This document shows, piece after piece, positions 51,001-63,791 of a stretch of 64,000 bases of DNA (positions within the stretch are counted from its first letter, which is position 1; every line of letters begins with the position of its first letter). The notes under the pieces are model-generated. The model was not told the DNA's origin. It saw only the letters and a list, made by a program, of their open reading frames with translations, and made no database searches. The stretch comes from Balanoglossus misakiensis (taxonomy: Eukaryota > Animalia > Hemichordata), in the NCBI GenBank assembly GCA_040954595.2, contig CM082586.2:805630-869629 (forward strand), read 5' to 3'. Position numbers and translations under genes: made by a program.

Positions 51001-52416
51001 TCGCTCGTATGTCAGATGTGTTGGTGTAATGAAACTTTAAGATTTTAGTCCGAATTTAAGCAATATACATGTATGTCTAGAATAATCAATTTAATTTTCC
51101 CCCTTATGCCTGTTGCTCACAGCTATTTTTGTCTTTTTTAATTCGTCACTGTCGTTCGAAATATTGGAAACATATTAATCATAAAAAGCTAAACAATAGA
51201 GTAATCCCTCTTCGAAGACTGTATTTTGTGTCATCTATGGTAATGAACACATCCAACAAGCCACTAATGCTTTGAGCAAACTATATGATAATTTGTCAGT
51301 ACTTGCTCGTTGCCCCAGCAACGCAAGTGAACCCGTGGTTCTGTTACAGCGAGCGTGGTGCGCATACAGAGTTAATTTACTATCATAAAGGGAAGAACCA
51401 TTGTACGGAAATATAAATTTAGACGGTAGAAGTACATTATAGTGTGTTCTCATCTCGGCTTATTCATCAGCTGCGAATTGAAGCTAGGTATTCTAAATTA
51501 GCCACAACGAATGGAATGGTAGGAAAGCAGACAATAGTAAACGTGTGTTGACAACACTAGTCCCCGAACTATCATATTTCTGGATTGCTATTTATAGATT
51601 GCATGTCTGTAAATTTTCTATTCTCTCAAAAATCTCACAGTGGGATACAAGATATAAAATACATGTCTGTAATGACAATTGAATGAATTCAAATTAAATA
51701 CTAATAATTATGTACCTTCAGAGCAATATTGTTATCCTGTTGTGGTTTACGTTACACATAATTTACATCATGTGGGAGACCGCCCGTTCATGATACTATG
51801 TGTCACTATGACAACGACACTAGCAATTTTATCACAAGTACTAGGACCCTGTACGCACTGTAACAATGATCAAAATTCTCTAAGAGAGTCGATTGTACAT
51901 TCAAAAGTCGTTGGAGACTTTATTGTAATCAGATGACGATATTTTATACGCAATTTGTCACATTTACGTGATTTCACACAATCCTGCGATTATTACATAA
52001 TTAATATTCTATTAATATTCTATGAAGATGAGCAAAATCTGAGTTGACCCTGAATGTGGTTTTTGTCTCCTCTGCCCTTTGGAAACTCTGAAAATCCATA
52101 CAGACTTGAAACCATGGTGAATTTAACCAATTAATCAAGTGACAAATTGAATGAGGTGTGACATACTAATTGATTGAAAATAATGACGAAGGTATTACAG
52201 ATTAATCAATATGATGAACAATACACAGGCAGATCGTGGTTATACAAAGAGGATTATGGGGCAATATGTTTACTTGACCAAATGACGCTTTTGTGTTACC
52301 ATCAAAACCAATGTCCACTCTGCTTCTGACCTCTGAAAATCCAGTAACATCACCTAGATTTAATACATATTTTTTGATGTTCATTTTAGAACGAGCTGGA
52401 GTGGTAAACTGACGGC

Positions 52417-54513
52417 ATGCTAACCCAAGAGCCCATTACCATGACAACTGAAAGCGACGCCAACGCCAATCACTCCATACTGGCAAAGAAATTAAACATG
52501 GACCAAGCGTCGCCGACCACGATTGACAGCGCACCAAAATCATCCACATCAGATGAAGTCTCTCGAAGTGACTCATTCACTTTTTATGGGAAACGACCAT
52601 CTATGACATCAACTGACGGACAAGAGGAAGAAGATCCGAGGTACAATGCTCGGTTTTACATCAACAAAACCAATACGTCACAGAACCTCTGCATTCGTTT
52701 ACGAAACACAGATTTCTATGTTCACAAAGACATACTTCAAGAAAAGTGTGGATATTTCAAAGTTCTCCTCGCCGAAGGAACCTTTCAGGGTTGTCCAAGT
52801 CTTGGTAGAAGTGACTTGTATGACTTCCAAGAAGCCACAAACTCTCCAGTCAGTGTTCGCGCATTCACAACACTGCTGGACTATCTGTACTCCGGTAAGC
52901 TGAAAGTTCCTATCCGAGCAGCCAGCGAGCTTCTGGATGCTGCAGAGTTCTTGTCCATTTCACTCAAACCAGACTTATTTGACCAACCGATGGAAAAGTA
53001 CCCATGGTGGGCAAACTATGATAAGTTAAACACAGGAAAAATAATAGCATATCGGTGGGGAAATACCAATAGGCATCCTGATATTTGTGTCCGAGTTGAA
53101 GATAACTTTTTCTTGGTTCACTCAACGGTAATTACTCAAAGAAGTCGATACTTCAAAGCTATCATCTCCAAGGATGGGAAATGGCGAGAACGGCTCCAAC
53201 TCAAGAGAGGTCGAATGATTGAATTCACTGCTGCACCACCGACAGCTTATGCTTTTGAGACTGTTCTTGACTACATCTACTGCGAGAAGATTTTCCGCCA
53301 ACCCATCGACCATGAAGAATTTGAGGACTTACTGGACACCAAGGAGTACCTCGGGGTCGACTTTGACTTCGAATGTGTTCGATACAGACGCAGGGAAAGT
53401 GTGGTGCCGCGCAAGCACAGCAAAGAACTGGACGGGTCACAAAACTCGGACTTATCACCTGCGCATGTGCCGATGCCACGTGATACAAATTTGCAACTGA
53501 GAGATGTTTCCATATTGCGTGGCATGGAAGATCGAGAAAAGCTGGTACCACTCAGGTCAAAACTTGGACTCATCATAACAAACAAAAAACAAACAGAAGA
53601 GAAGGCAATTCTTTGTCTTTATGATGATGACGCGGATGTTTTGCGCATTGTGCAAGTGTTACCGAAAGAAATGCAAGAATCTGGCATGCATTATAGAGTA
53701 ATAACCCAGAATCATTTGGTCTGTATCGTTGGTGACAAGCGGTTCCTATTTTCTAGACGGATTGTTCCAGTACTTTTGAATATAAACGCATCTGCGTGGG
53801 CTAAATTACCAGCAAAGGCTGTACCTTCAAACTACGAGACGTCAGTGTTGTCACTAAGTGAGACCTCCGATGGAAGGATGAAGATAGTAAAGGCATGTCG
53901 TCCGACTGACCTAAGGAAGGAATTGTTTTCAACATCACAGAAGCACTCCAATTACTCCCTCAAACCACTTCGCTTTGATGCTATTGAATCGTGCCTTTGT
54001 GATGACACTGTCTTTATACTGTACTACGACGCCTTGGATAAGTCACCTTTTGGTGTCGGCTACATCGTGGAAGTGCGCCCCCTGTGCACTGATGACGAAG
54101 CAGAGAGTTGGTCCGAGATTGAACTGAGTGAGCCAACTTTTGTGAGCGAGATGGTGAAATCCAAGCTCACCAGTGATGGCAGAGAGGTGTTCGTTGTAGG
54201 GGTTAATCCCTCGACGCATCAGCTTACAATCCATCGCTTTGATTATCGCGACACAAAGGAACTCATTCTGGTTGCTGAGACATACTGTACCAAGCTGATG
54301 AATTCTGGGATACCAGGCACCATCACTATCACTGACAATTGGGACGTTGCTCAGGTTGTCATCATCAATGGCAATTTCTATTTCTTGGTCTACAATCGTA
54401 TATTTTGCTATAATGTTGTCAATAAAAGGTGGCGAATCTTAAGTGAAGCTCGACTGAGTGATGACTGCAAAATTGCCGCTTTCTTTCAACTGCCAACAAC
54501 GGAACAAAGTTGA
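52417..54513 (+). CDS. Tandem double-BTB protein with degenerate Kelch-like propeller (698 aa, single coding exon)
   Basis: BTB-a NLCIRLRNTDFYVHKDILQEKCGYFKVLL...AFTTLLDYLYSGKL...LLDAAEFLSI. BTB-b PDICVRVEDNFFLVHSTVITQRSRYFKAII...AFETVLDYIY...LLDTKEYLGV. C-terminal FCYNVVNKRWR. Acceptor TTCATTTTAG ends at 52389, 27 nt before the ATG. Confidence 0.88.
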   Translation: MLTQEPITMTTESDANANHSILAKKLNMDQASPTTIDSAPKSSTSDEVSRSDSFTFYGKRPSMTSTDGQEEEDPRYNARFYINKTNTSQNLCIRLRNTDFYVHKDILQEKCGYFKVLLAEGTFQGCPSLGRSDLYDFQEATNSPVSVRAFTTLLDYLYSGKLKVPIRAASELLDAAEFLSISLKPDLFDQPMEKYPWWANYDKLNTGKIIAYRWGNTNRHPDICVRVEDNFFLVHSTVITQRSRYFKAIISKDGKWRERLQLKRGRMIEFTAAPPTAYAFETVLDYIYCEKIFRQPIDHEEFEDLLDTKEYLGVDFDFECVRYRRRESVVPRKHSKELDGSQNSDLSPAHVPMPRDTNLQLRDVSILRGMEDREKLVPLRSKLGLIITNKKQTEEKAILCLYDDDADVLRIVQVLPKEMQESGMHYRVITQNHLVCIVGDKRFLFSRRIVPVLLNINASAWAKLPAKAVPSNYETSVLSLSETSDGRMKIVKACRPTDLRKELFSTSQKHSNYSLKPLRFDAIESCLCDDTVFILYYDALDKSPFGVGYIVEVRPLCTDDEAESWSEIELSEPTFVSEMVKSKLTSDGREVFVVGVNPSTHQLTIHRFDYRDTKELILVAETYCTKLMNSGIPGTITITDNWDVAQVVIINGNFYFLVYNRIFCYNVVNKRWRILSEARLSDDCKIAAFFQLPTTEQS

Positions 54514-55810
54514 ATGAAACTTGATCAAATCAAAACATGCCTGAAATGAACAAATCAAAACATGCCTACAGTGTGTATTTCTCAGAATTATAACAAATAT
54601 AAACGGAGATTGCTCGAAGTGAGAATACATAGAATTATATGAGCGAGACACTTTCTTCAGATCAACAAAACTGTCGACTTCATAAACTTTAAGGTCATTA
54701 GCATATGAGAACCTCTCCGGGGTATACACTCCTCATGAACTTGAAGTGTAACCTTTCAGTTCATATGAGAGCAACAACTCTGTCGCCAGTTTGTCTCGCA
54801 CTACCAGCAAAACCACCTGTCCTTTAAAATCAAGCAGGGGAATGGAATAATGTGTTAAGTGACAATGATTTGCTGTGTATTATAGAAAATTTCATCATGG
54901 ATTTATAATGTGGAATACTTTGCTATTTATATACATGTAAACAAATGATATAAAATTTTCACTTAATACTTTTACACCACAGAATTACTTTTCAATTATA
55001 AACATACAAAAATACAGATACGTACTTAAACTTTCTGGCTGACTCCATATCTTCATTAGACCTTCTATGTGTGTTTATATCTGACCGCGTATTTGTCTCT
55101 GTGACTGCAGTGAATATGTAAGATAGCCAATTACCTACAAAACCAACCAACCAACCATGTACCAACCACTGAATTACCTTCAGTGCCTACCGGTCAATTA
55201 CATTGTTTCTCTGATATACTAAACCAATGAATTAATTTGTTCGTTCATTCATTCTTTCATTCCTTCATTCATCCATTCAGTCTCATCAAATTTTGAAAGG
55301 ATCATTCTTTATTCAACCATGGTCTGGTATGTCATATAACTTGATGTGTCATTCATTGACTTTGAAGTTGTACATCTACATTTAATTCTCAAATTTCACA
55401 CTTTATTATATTTTGTGAATAGAGATGTATGTTTTTGCTACAAACTTTGAATAATTATAGCTTGCATTCATGTCAGATCGAACTATTATCTCAGGAGTGA
55501 CATTGCATTATTTCTAACATTAATCTAAAATTGTAATGCTTTGATCAGAAATTTCAACGGTTTATCAGAATAATATTCATTAACATAAAGAACAAGAGCG
55601 ATTGTACAAATAATATATTATACTAGATACTTTGACAGTACATTGTCTCTAATCTTCAATTTATTACTTTTGTATATAGTTTAAATTACTAGCTGTGTTG
55701 GCAATTTGATAGGACGATTTACTATTATTCTAAATGATCCATTTAAATAAGCTAACTGATGTATATACATATGCATGTCATCAACGTCTGTTTGTCGGTG
55801 TACATGTAAA

Positions 55811-55827
55811 AATAAAAGTTAAATAAA
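55811..55827 (+). terminator. Tandem candidate polyadenylation signals of the double-BTB gene
   Basis: Two AATAAA hexamers (55811-55816, 55822-55827) at the end of an AT-rich putative 3' UTR. Confidence 0.4.
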
Positions 55828-57193
55828 GTTAAAACTTACTGCTGGGGAATCTATGAAAGTTTCTCTTTTCGAGGAAGTGTTTAAATTCCATCATTTTAAA
55901 ATAATGAAAAAATACTTTTTGAGAGTGGTATTAAAATAGTTTTACAGAGATATGGAAAATGACATAGCATATTTCTTTGTTTGGATATAAGTTAGTTGTT
56001 CTGCACATTAAGTCACATATTTTAACATTCTAATCAAATTTACTGAAGCGTAAAAATCACCAGCCATTGATCTTGTCAATGATTTAACTTACAAGGAAAC
56101 ACATGATCGCTGTAATTTCTATGTCTTATTATTATAAACTAGCTCAGTACTTGGGTATTCATTGTTCGTTATATGGTTAAATCTTGCCGGATACTGTGAC
56201 GATTGTGCATAATTTATACATGGAACATCTTAAATTGATGTTTGCATTTATATCAGAGGTGCAATTCAGATCATTGAACTTGACCTTTGTACTGAAGACA
56301 AACGAACACAATACATGAAAATCATATCACAACAATAATCATTTTCTGTGTTTGCAGCACTTTTAGCGAAACCATGACTACAGAATATACAGTAAATTTG
56401 AAGTGGCTTACAATTTTCGAATACGTTTTTGTAATCTAACAATACAAATTTTAAATGATGTGCAATGATTGCATACACCAATTTTGAATGGTTCAAAGTT
56501 TCTATTCCAGTTTGGCTTGTACATTCAAGAGAGGATGGGGAATATTTCATCCCTGTCATACGAATTTTGCCTCCTTGTTGTTCTCTTGTATTTTTGCCCA
56601 AGAAATCAACAAAATCCGTTTAAATATTTGCTTTGTATTTTACTGTAATGCTGGGAAATAAACACGATCTTCTTTACGTACTTTGTCTGTTTATCTCTTT
56701 GCTAAAAGTGGATTAGAGTCCCAGCATGTCTTTGGCAAGGGAATGCTGGGTAAACGTACGTCATACCAAAACAAGAGCAAACGTTTCTTGAGCAGTGATG
56801 GCGCTGTTGCTGACCCGAATGACCTCTGGTAAGTCACATGACATGTCAGGTGATATGGCGTGATCCTTGTCGTAGGCGTCCAGGCATGTGCGGTTTGTTT
56901 TGATTCGATTCCGGTAGAACTTTTCCTCGTGGCCACACTTCTTGTGGTTCAAAACAGGCCGCACACTTGCTTTAGTAACAAAGCCACCCACCCACGGCGA
57001 CTTTCAAGACTACGGTTTCATAGTACGCCTACACGACGTCGTCCTGAATCACACGATCACAGTGGGTGTGTCGTTTCGTCCAGTGCAGAGTAGATTTCCG
57101 ACAAGGTATTTGTAGGATCTACTGAGATAGTCTACTTGATACGAAAGCTCAATACATTCGCCCAGACGGCAAATTTGGAGGAACATTGAAAAC

Positions 57194-60100
57194 ATGGCCG
57201 TTACAATTCGGGTCACTTGTCTCGTGCAAATATGTGTTTTACTGCTGGCCGTTCGTGTACAATCCTACCCGATGTTCACCTCACACAACGAGACTGCCCC
57301 CGGGGGTTCTGTCCACTACACCATGCTTCGGAACATGGCTCTACAAGAATACGAGAAGTTCCAACACCGCCTCCCTCTTGGCGGATTTAAATCGCTTGTG
57401 ACAAGCGCCGAGTGCGATCTCTGCAAGTTCTCCATCATGTTGCTTCAGAAGTTGTTCCTAGAGAGCGCGACTGAGGATGACATACTCTCCATAGCAACGG
57501 AGATTTGCGAAGTTGGCAAGATCGAATCCAAGCGCATTTGCCAAGATATCGTCAGAGAGTTCAAGGTGAGTTCGTATTATTGAACAGGTCATCTTGCAGA
57601 TGCTTGTCTTTGGGCTACTCATATAAATCAAATAATGGAAACCAGAGCTGGTATAATTGGGCTTTAAAACACATTTGCATACTCTAGTAATTTGCATCCT
57701 TTGAAATTATAAAACAAACTGTCTTTTAATCTTCAGGATGAATTTTTCTTTGTTGTGGATAAACTGGTGCTAAGTCCAGAAGAAGCCTGCGGAATATTGT
57801 TTGGAACTTCCTGTGGTCAGCCGTATGATCCACGATTCATGTGGAACCTGACTCTACCAGATATTCCGAAGCCACCTGTGATACCGCCAAATCCTCCAAA
57901 GGTATGAAACTTTGGAATCTGAATCCAGTTAGTGGAGTTCTAATCTGACAAAGTCATAGTGAGCAAACCGATCCCAGTATTTTATCACAAAAGAAACAAA
58001 ATCTATCAAAAGATTGACAAAACAGCAATCTGATTTGATTTTGTAAAGTGCTAGATTCTCTTTGGTGGTTTTTGCTGTTTTTTAATGTAACAATTAATTG
58101 ACATGTTAATCTGTATGAGGTCAAAGGTTAGTCACATGCTTTTCAGGTGATATTCTACAATGAAGGTCAAGAAAGGCACAGACTCCCTCCCCCATTCTTC
58201 ATTGTTATTTTTACAGCTGCACAAAAGCCGGAAGTAGCCGAGGTCAAAGTTCAGTTGACCAACGTTAGAGTTAGCAAGAAAAAGTATAAATCACACTTTC
58301 ATGGTCGGTCTATATGGATATATACTTCCCATTGTTTCTTTGAATATGCAAATATTATTTTGAAACTTTGTTCTCCTTCTACACAGCCTGGTTCTCCAGT
58401 AACCAAAGTCCTACAGTTGTCAGATTTCCATTATGATAGATTGTACCAAGCTGGCTCCAATCCGGAATGTGGTGAACCGTTATGCTGCAGGGCAAATGAT
58501 GGGAAGCCAGGTAAAATTTTGAGAGCTTCCCAATCTTTTATCTGCCTGTCCATCCATCAGTCTGTTCATGTCTGTCTGTTACCCAATATGACCTCAGAAT
58601 ATAGGAAGTTGGTTCCTAACATGTCTTGGAATTTAGTGCGACTTGGAGCATACAATCCCTGTAATTATGAATTTTTCCCTCTCTCTCCAGCTCCTTCAGT
58701 AAAAGGTGCAGGCAAGTATGGAGATTACAGAAACTGTGATGTGCCAAAAATTCTTTTGGATAATCTATTTCAACATCTCCAGACTTCAGAAAAGGTATGT
58801 TACTTTTGAGCAGTGTGTTAGGATGATAAATTATTTAGTATAATTAGTAGCATGACAGTATTTCTTTTGAGCGATTAGGTCAAAATCTACCAATGGAAAG
58901 CTATCCTAAATAAAATTATACAGTTGAACCTGAATATAGGAACAGGGTGGTGAAAGGGTAAAAGTACGCCTCTGCCAATATTTGGATAACAGTCTTTCTG
59001 GTTTCCCCATTCTGCGATTGCAGTTTGACTATGTCTTAATGACTGGGGATTTGCCAGCGCATGATGTCTGGAACCAGTCCAGAGCTGATCAACTGACTGT
59101 GTTGGACGACATCACTGATATGTTCCTCAAATATTATCCGGGAATGAAGGTCTATCCAGCAGTTGGAAATCATGAAAGTGCCCCAGTAAACAGGTAAGGA
59201 GAAAACATTCCTCCTCCTACAAGTTGTAAACTAAAACATAAAGTTTCAACAACTGATGCGAAAATACTACCAGTAATATGAGTTAACATACATTCCTTGT
59301 ACATACACCTGATTGTCTGTGTCCCTCACAGTTTTCCACCAGATTATGTCACCGGAAATCTCTCCATTTCGTGGCTCTACGATGGCTTTGTATATCAGTG
59401 GGTGAACAAGACAGGATGGTTGCCAGCTGATACAATTCCCACTATCAAACGGTAATTAGCAAACATACATAATCAGCCATAACCTACCACAATATTCCTT
59501 TCTGTACAAAGGACATCAGGACCATTGTGTCCTTATTTCAATGTATGTAAATCCAATTTTTCTCACTATGTCACACTAAGTTCTCAAAGTTTTGGACGTA
59601 ATGGGATCCTTGACCATGTCACAGATGCAAGATAAACTCATGTTCCCCTGTCAGGGACAGATAACAGGGTTTGAGTACAGTCAAAATAAAGAATTTTATG
59701 TTGGTAGTAACAACCTATTCAAGGTTAAGATATGAACAAGGCACTAGTTAAAGTATCAGAAGTTTAAGTCAATAAAAGTTTCAATGCACCATTATGTATC
59801 TGACTAAATAGCAACTGAGGCATTATTGACAGACAAACAAACCAGACTGGGTCAAGGATAACTTTAGAGCAATTTTGTTTTTCAAACAGGGGTGGATACT
59901 ACACAGTTCTTCTACATCCTGGACTGCGTCTGGTCTCCCTCAACATGAACATGTGTAACAGCGGCAACTATTGGCTGTTGCTGAACACCACTGATCCAAC
60001 CGGGGAACTTGAGTGGCTGATCAATGTCTTACAAGCAGCTGAATTACAGAAAGAGAAAGTCCACATCATTGGCCACAATCACCCAAGCAGTTGTATGAAA

Positions 60101-61393
60101 GCCTTTGGATGGAATTATTACAAAATAGTTGACAGGTAATATGGGATTCATAACAGCAGATACTGATGGCACAACACTCGCCAAACAGTGTTACATCAAT
60201 AAGACCACATTCCTCCCTCTCCCCCTCCAAAAAATGAACACATGCATACAGCAAAAGACCACATACATTTGTAATTAATGAAATAATCCATTACTCTTTC
60301 AGATACGAGAGCACAATCACTGCACAGTTCTTCGGACATTCCCACACAGACTATTTCGAAGTCTTTTACGATGAAGAGACTTTGACAAGACCGACCAGTG
60401 TTGCCTACATCAGTGGAAGCATCACGCCATTTCAAGCTTTGAATCCCAGCTATAGGTTGTATGATGTTGATGGCAACTATCCCGGAAGTTCCACGGTGAG
60501 AATTAAATCATTCTCCAGAAATCACAAACTAATGGTTATCTATTCCTAATATAGTAACCCACGGAACTTAAAAGAGAGATCTAGACTGACTGTTTACTAA
60601 TCTCAACAACTTCTCTTTCTCACAGGTTGTGTTAGAACACTACACCCATGTCCTAAATTTGACTGAGGCAAATCTGACTGAAAAGCCGATATGGTTCAGA
60701 GAATACACAGCAAAGGCAAGTGCATGCATTATTTGGTTTTTCTATTAAGCATTGTTCAGTGGCTGGTTGTCGCAATTCAACCTACACCCTGTACATAGAT
60801 ATATAACACGTGGAATAAATATTTTGTCTTCCTTTCAGACTGCATTTAATATGACATCACTCCTACCAAGCGATTGGCATAAAGTGATTGAAAATCTTAA
60901 ACAGGATGATGTCATGTTCAAGAATTTTTACAGGTGAGTACTGTTTTCATGATTATTAAACACACAGCATTGTTCAGGTAGACCCTGCCTACCACTACAC
61001 GTTACATAAAAGCGAATTGGTAATGCAATAAAAGGAAATGATGTATTGTTTGCCATTATATACAGTGTAATACAACGTAACGACTTTATTATTTTCAGTG
61101 ATGTATATTTTATCAGTCACACTTTGCAAGTTCTGTGTCTTGCGAACAACTGAGTTATATGTGACCCTTACCTGCAGACAGGATGATGCCAGCCCTTTAA
61201 GTAATCTGTATTCTGTTTTCTCCTCAGCTACTTCCATAAGCTGCATGTGACCAGTTCTTGCGATCAGAAATGCAAAGCTGCACTTATCTGCCAACTGCAG
61301 ACGGCCAGAGCTGATGACCCAAGCCTGTGCAAAGACACAACCATCTCCTACGAAGAGTTCCTGAATTACAGAAAGATGTACAACAAATGTTAG
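57194..61393 (+). CDS. SMPD1: Acid sphingomyelinase (signal peptide, saposin B domain, Pro-rich linker, metallophosphoesterase), about 614 aa
   Basis: Eleven phase-compatible exons: 57194-57565, 57737-57901, 58387-58510, 58691-58794, 59024-59193, 59332-59451, 59890-60135, 60303-60495, 60626-60715, 60839-60933, 61228-61393 (TAG). Motifs: CDLCK...[17 protein letters not shown] (saposin), [55 protein letters not shown]. Confidence 0.95.
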
Positions 61394-61959
61394 TTTTACA
61401 TGAACACTGCTGTAATGCCAAGTGGTGTGGAAATGCTGTGATTATTATTATATGCACTCAAGAGACTCTGATGTCAGCTGTATTCAATCTGCTCTTTTCA
61501 ATGCAAACGTGTCCAAGTGACTAAATTTCACAAACTTTCTCAAGCATCTATGTGTCCCATTGAACGCATGCACACTCCCAGCAGCATACAGGATAGCTGC
61601 TGCCCTTTTTAAATACTCGTACACTGTTTCCTAGACATGATGATTCAAGAGGAACATAGCAGTTGTGTCATACTATTCTCAGACCTCCTAAATTTTTTTA
61701 CATGGGAGAATGGGATCTGCCAAATTTCTGGATTGAAAACTTTAGGGTAGCATGGTTGATAATCACAGAATGATACAATTTTAAATGGAATGTTGCACAT
61801 TTTCATACAATGTCAAATGTTTGTTTTTGTGTATTTGTTTTCAAGTAGTATATTAATAGAATGAGTTTTGAACCATACATTACAATTGTAGAGATACAAC
61901 TTATATATGTAGTTAAGCTATCTTTGTGTTGAAATCTGACAAACATTAAACATGTTTAT

Positions 61960-62065
61960 AATAAAACCTTGTGTGGACATATGTGTATACATTGAAGAAT
62001 AGTGCATGTTTTCCTGGCTGTTTTTATATTCAATTTATATATGGATACCTTTTCATCGAAATAAA
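61960..62065 (+). terminator. Candidate polyadenylation signals of the SMPD1-like gene
   Basis: AATAAA at 61960-61965 (followed by GT-rich TGTGTGG) and at 62060-62065. Confidence 0.4.
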
Positions 62066-63791
62066 ATTACACTGGTATTTGTCAACCCCCAAAAATATGG
62101 TATTCCTGATTTGTGCCACTAGTTGGTATCATTTATATCAGTGACAATGATGATTGTGATGACGATGATAAATGATGAGGATATGTTTTTATATGTCAAA
62201 GTATATAACCTGAGAACAATTACAGATCCACCAGAATTTCATTACCTATTGATGGAATCGAAGTAAATTATTTGGATGGAGACATCCCAATCACAAGAAC
62301 TGAACACATGTGTTTAGCTCATGGCATCGAAAATGCAGACATCTTCGTGCATTTTGCACCAAGTGTCTGTTTTAACCAGGTTGACGCTTTCATCTTTTGT
62401 GCAGTTGCTGCTATAAAGCTGAACACGGACTATATGAAAGGAGTTTCAGTTATGATCTGGTGGATGTATACATGAATGTCTGCACATATGCCTGCGCACA
62501 CAGTCGGCAGTGCAGTGTACACTGACTGTGTGTGGAATGCCCCTCGAGCCGGATCGCCGTCCGCGTATTCTGCAATGTTGTTTTCTAATAATTTTGTAAG
62601 AATCGTGTTTGCACATTCAATCACCCGACACTTGTTTGATTGCTAATTTCCGTACGCATTAAAACATTGTAACTTTCGATGTAGGCAATTATATCGTAGG
62701 TAAGAACTTTGTTTACATTCAGTGACTGCATTTCGTGAATGTAGTTCCGGGAATCAGCGCGAGCACTTGATCACGACCAGTTTATTATAGTGTATGGTAC
62801 TAAAATGTGTACGTAATATGCTTTGAAATGTTTAAGTTTTGGAAGAATTAGAGTTTATTGCCGAATCGCATGACATCTTAATATCCGAATAATAAAGATG
62901 ACAACCCCGAGTGAACACAAAAATAGTACGAACAATGGGTCGATAAGTTAGCGTCTCCAAACACAATGAATGCGCTCGTCTTTGAAAATAGCAAGAGAGA
63001 GATTTTAGCAAATCGTTTTCAAAATGCTACCGTGGTTATAATTAACTGGTCTTTAGGTGGGGGCTGAATTTAAAAGTAAACGCTGTGCGGTATAGGGGAA
63101 CGAAATAAATGGCATCCACTTACCCAGAAATATCCGTGCTGCAGTAAAAGTGAGCTTCACTCGCAGAATCAGAAAGGACGGCTTCGTCTTCGTTCGGACA
63201 TCAAAAGCCGCCACCAGACATGTAGATATAAAATGTCGACCTACATTTCCTGAACTTCTCTGGACTCTCTAACAGCCACGTGTACCTGGACTCACTCAAA
63301 GCCGTGTGCACCTGGCCTCATTAGCAATCCTTTTATGGAGAGTGCGGCCTCAACGTTCAGCAACCTGAACACCACGCTTGCTACATGTGCTTGTCTTGCT
63401 TTGCCAAACTGTTGAGGGCGCATCAGTGTATGCCATTTTATAGGTTATTTATTTTCGCTTAAACAAATTAATGTTATGTATGAGTTCATACAGATAGACA
63501 TTGATCAAAAGGTCATTTTCGTCAAAGAGATTTCATACATATAGGATGTAGGCCTAAAGTTAAACACTCAAAATACACCAAAGTTATAAATGGAAAATAC
63601 ACAGTTTTTTGGTAACATGCGGAACAAAGCAAGTCCATGAAAGAAATACAGATGGACATCTTGCAAATAAACCAAGAAATGATGCCACGTGTTTCGAAAA
63701 TAGTGATCACACCATGCACAGTATGTGACAAAAATATTAACCACCATGTATCAATCTCCAAGTCTCTAACTAGGAGGGAGTGACACTCTAC

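Noticed and set aside
39419-54234. Short antisense and alternate-frame ORFs overlapping the BTB genes
   Set aside because: Shadow ORFs of long coding exons with no recognisable motifs.
56691-57093. Overlapping 76-81 aa ORFs just upstream of SMPD1
   Set aside because: A GC-richer promoter/5' region. The ORFs lack ATG starts or recognisable domains, and stops flank them in frame.
58147-58809. 220-aa ORF
   Set aside because: It consists of SMPD1 exons 3 and 4 joined by a stop-free 180-bp intron plus upstream intron sequence. Both exons have canonical splice sites.
62272-62624. Two short ORFs downstream of SMPD1
   Set aside because: No recognisable homology or consistent splice pattern. Possibly UTR or intergenic.
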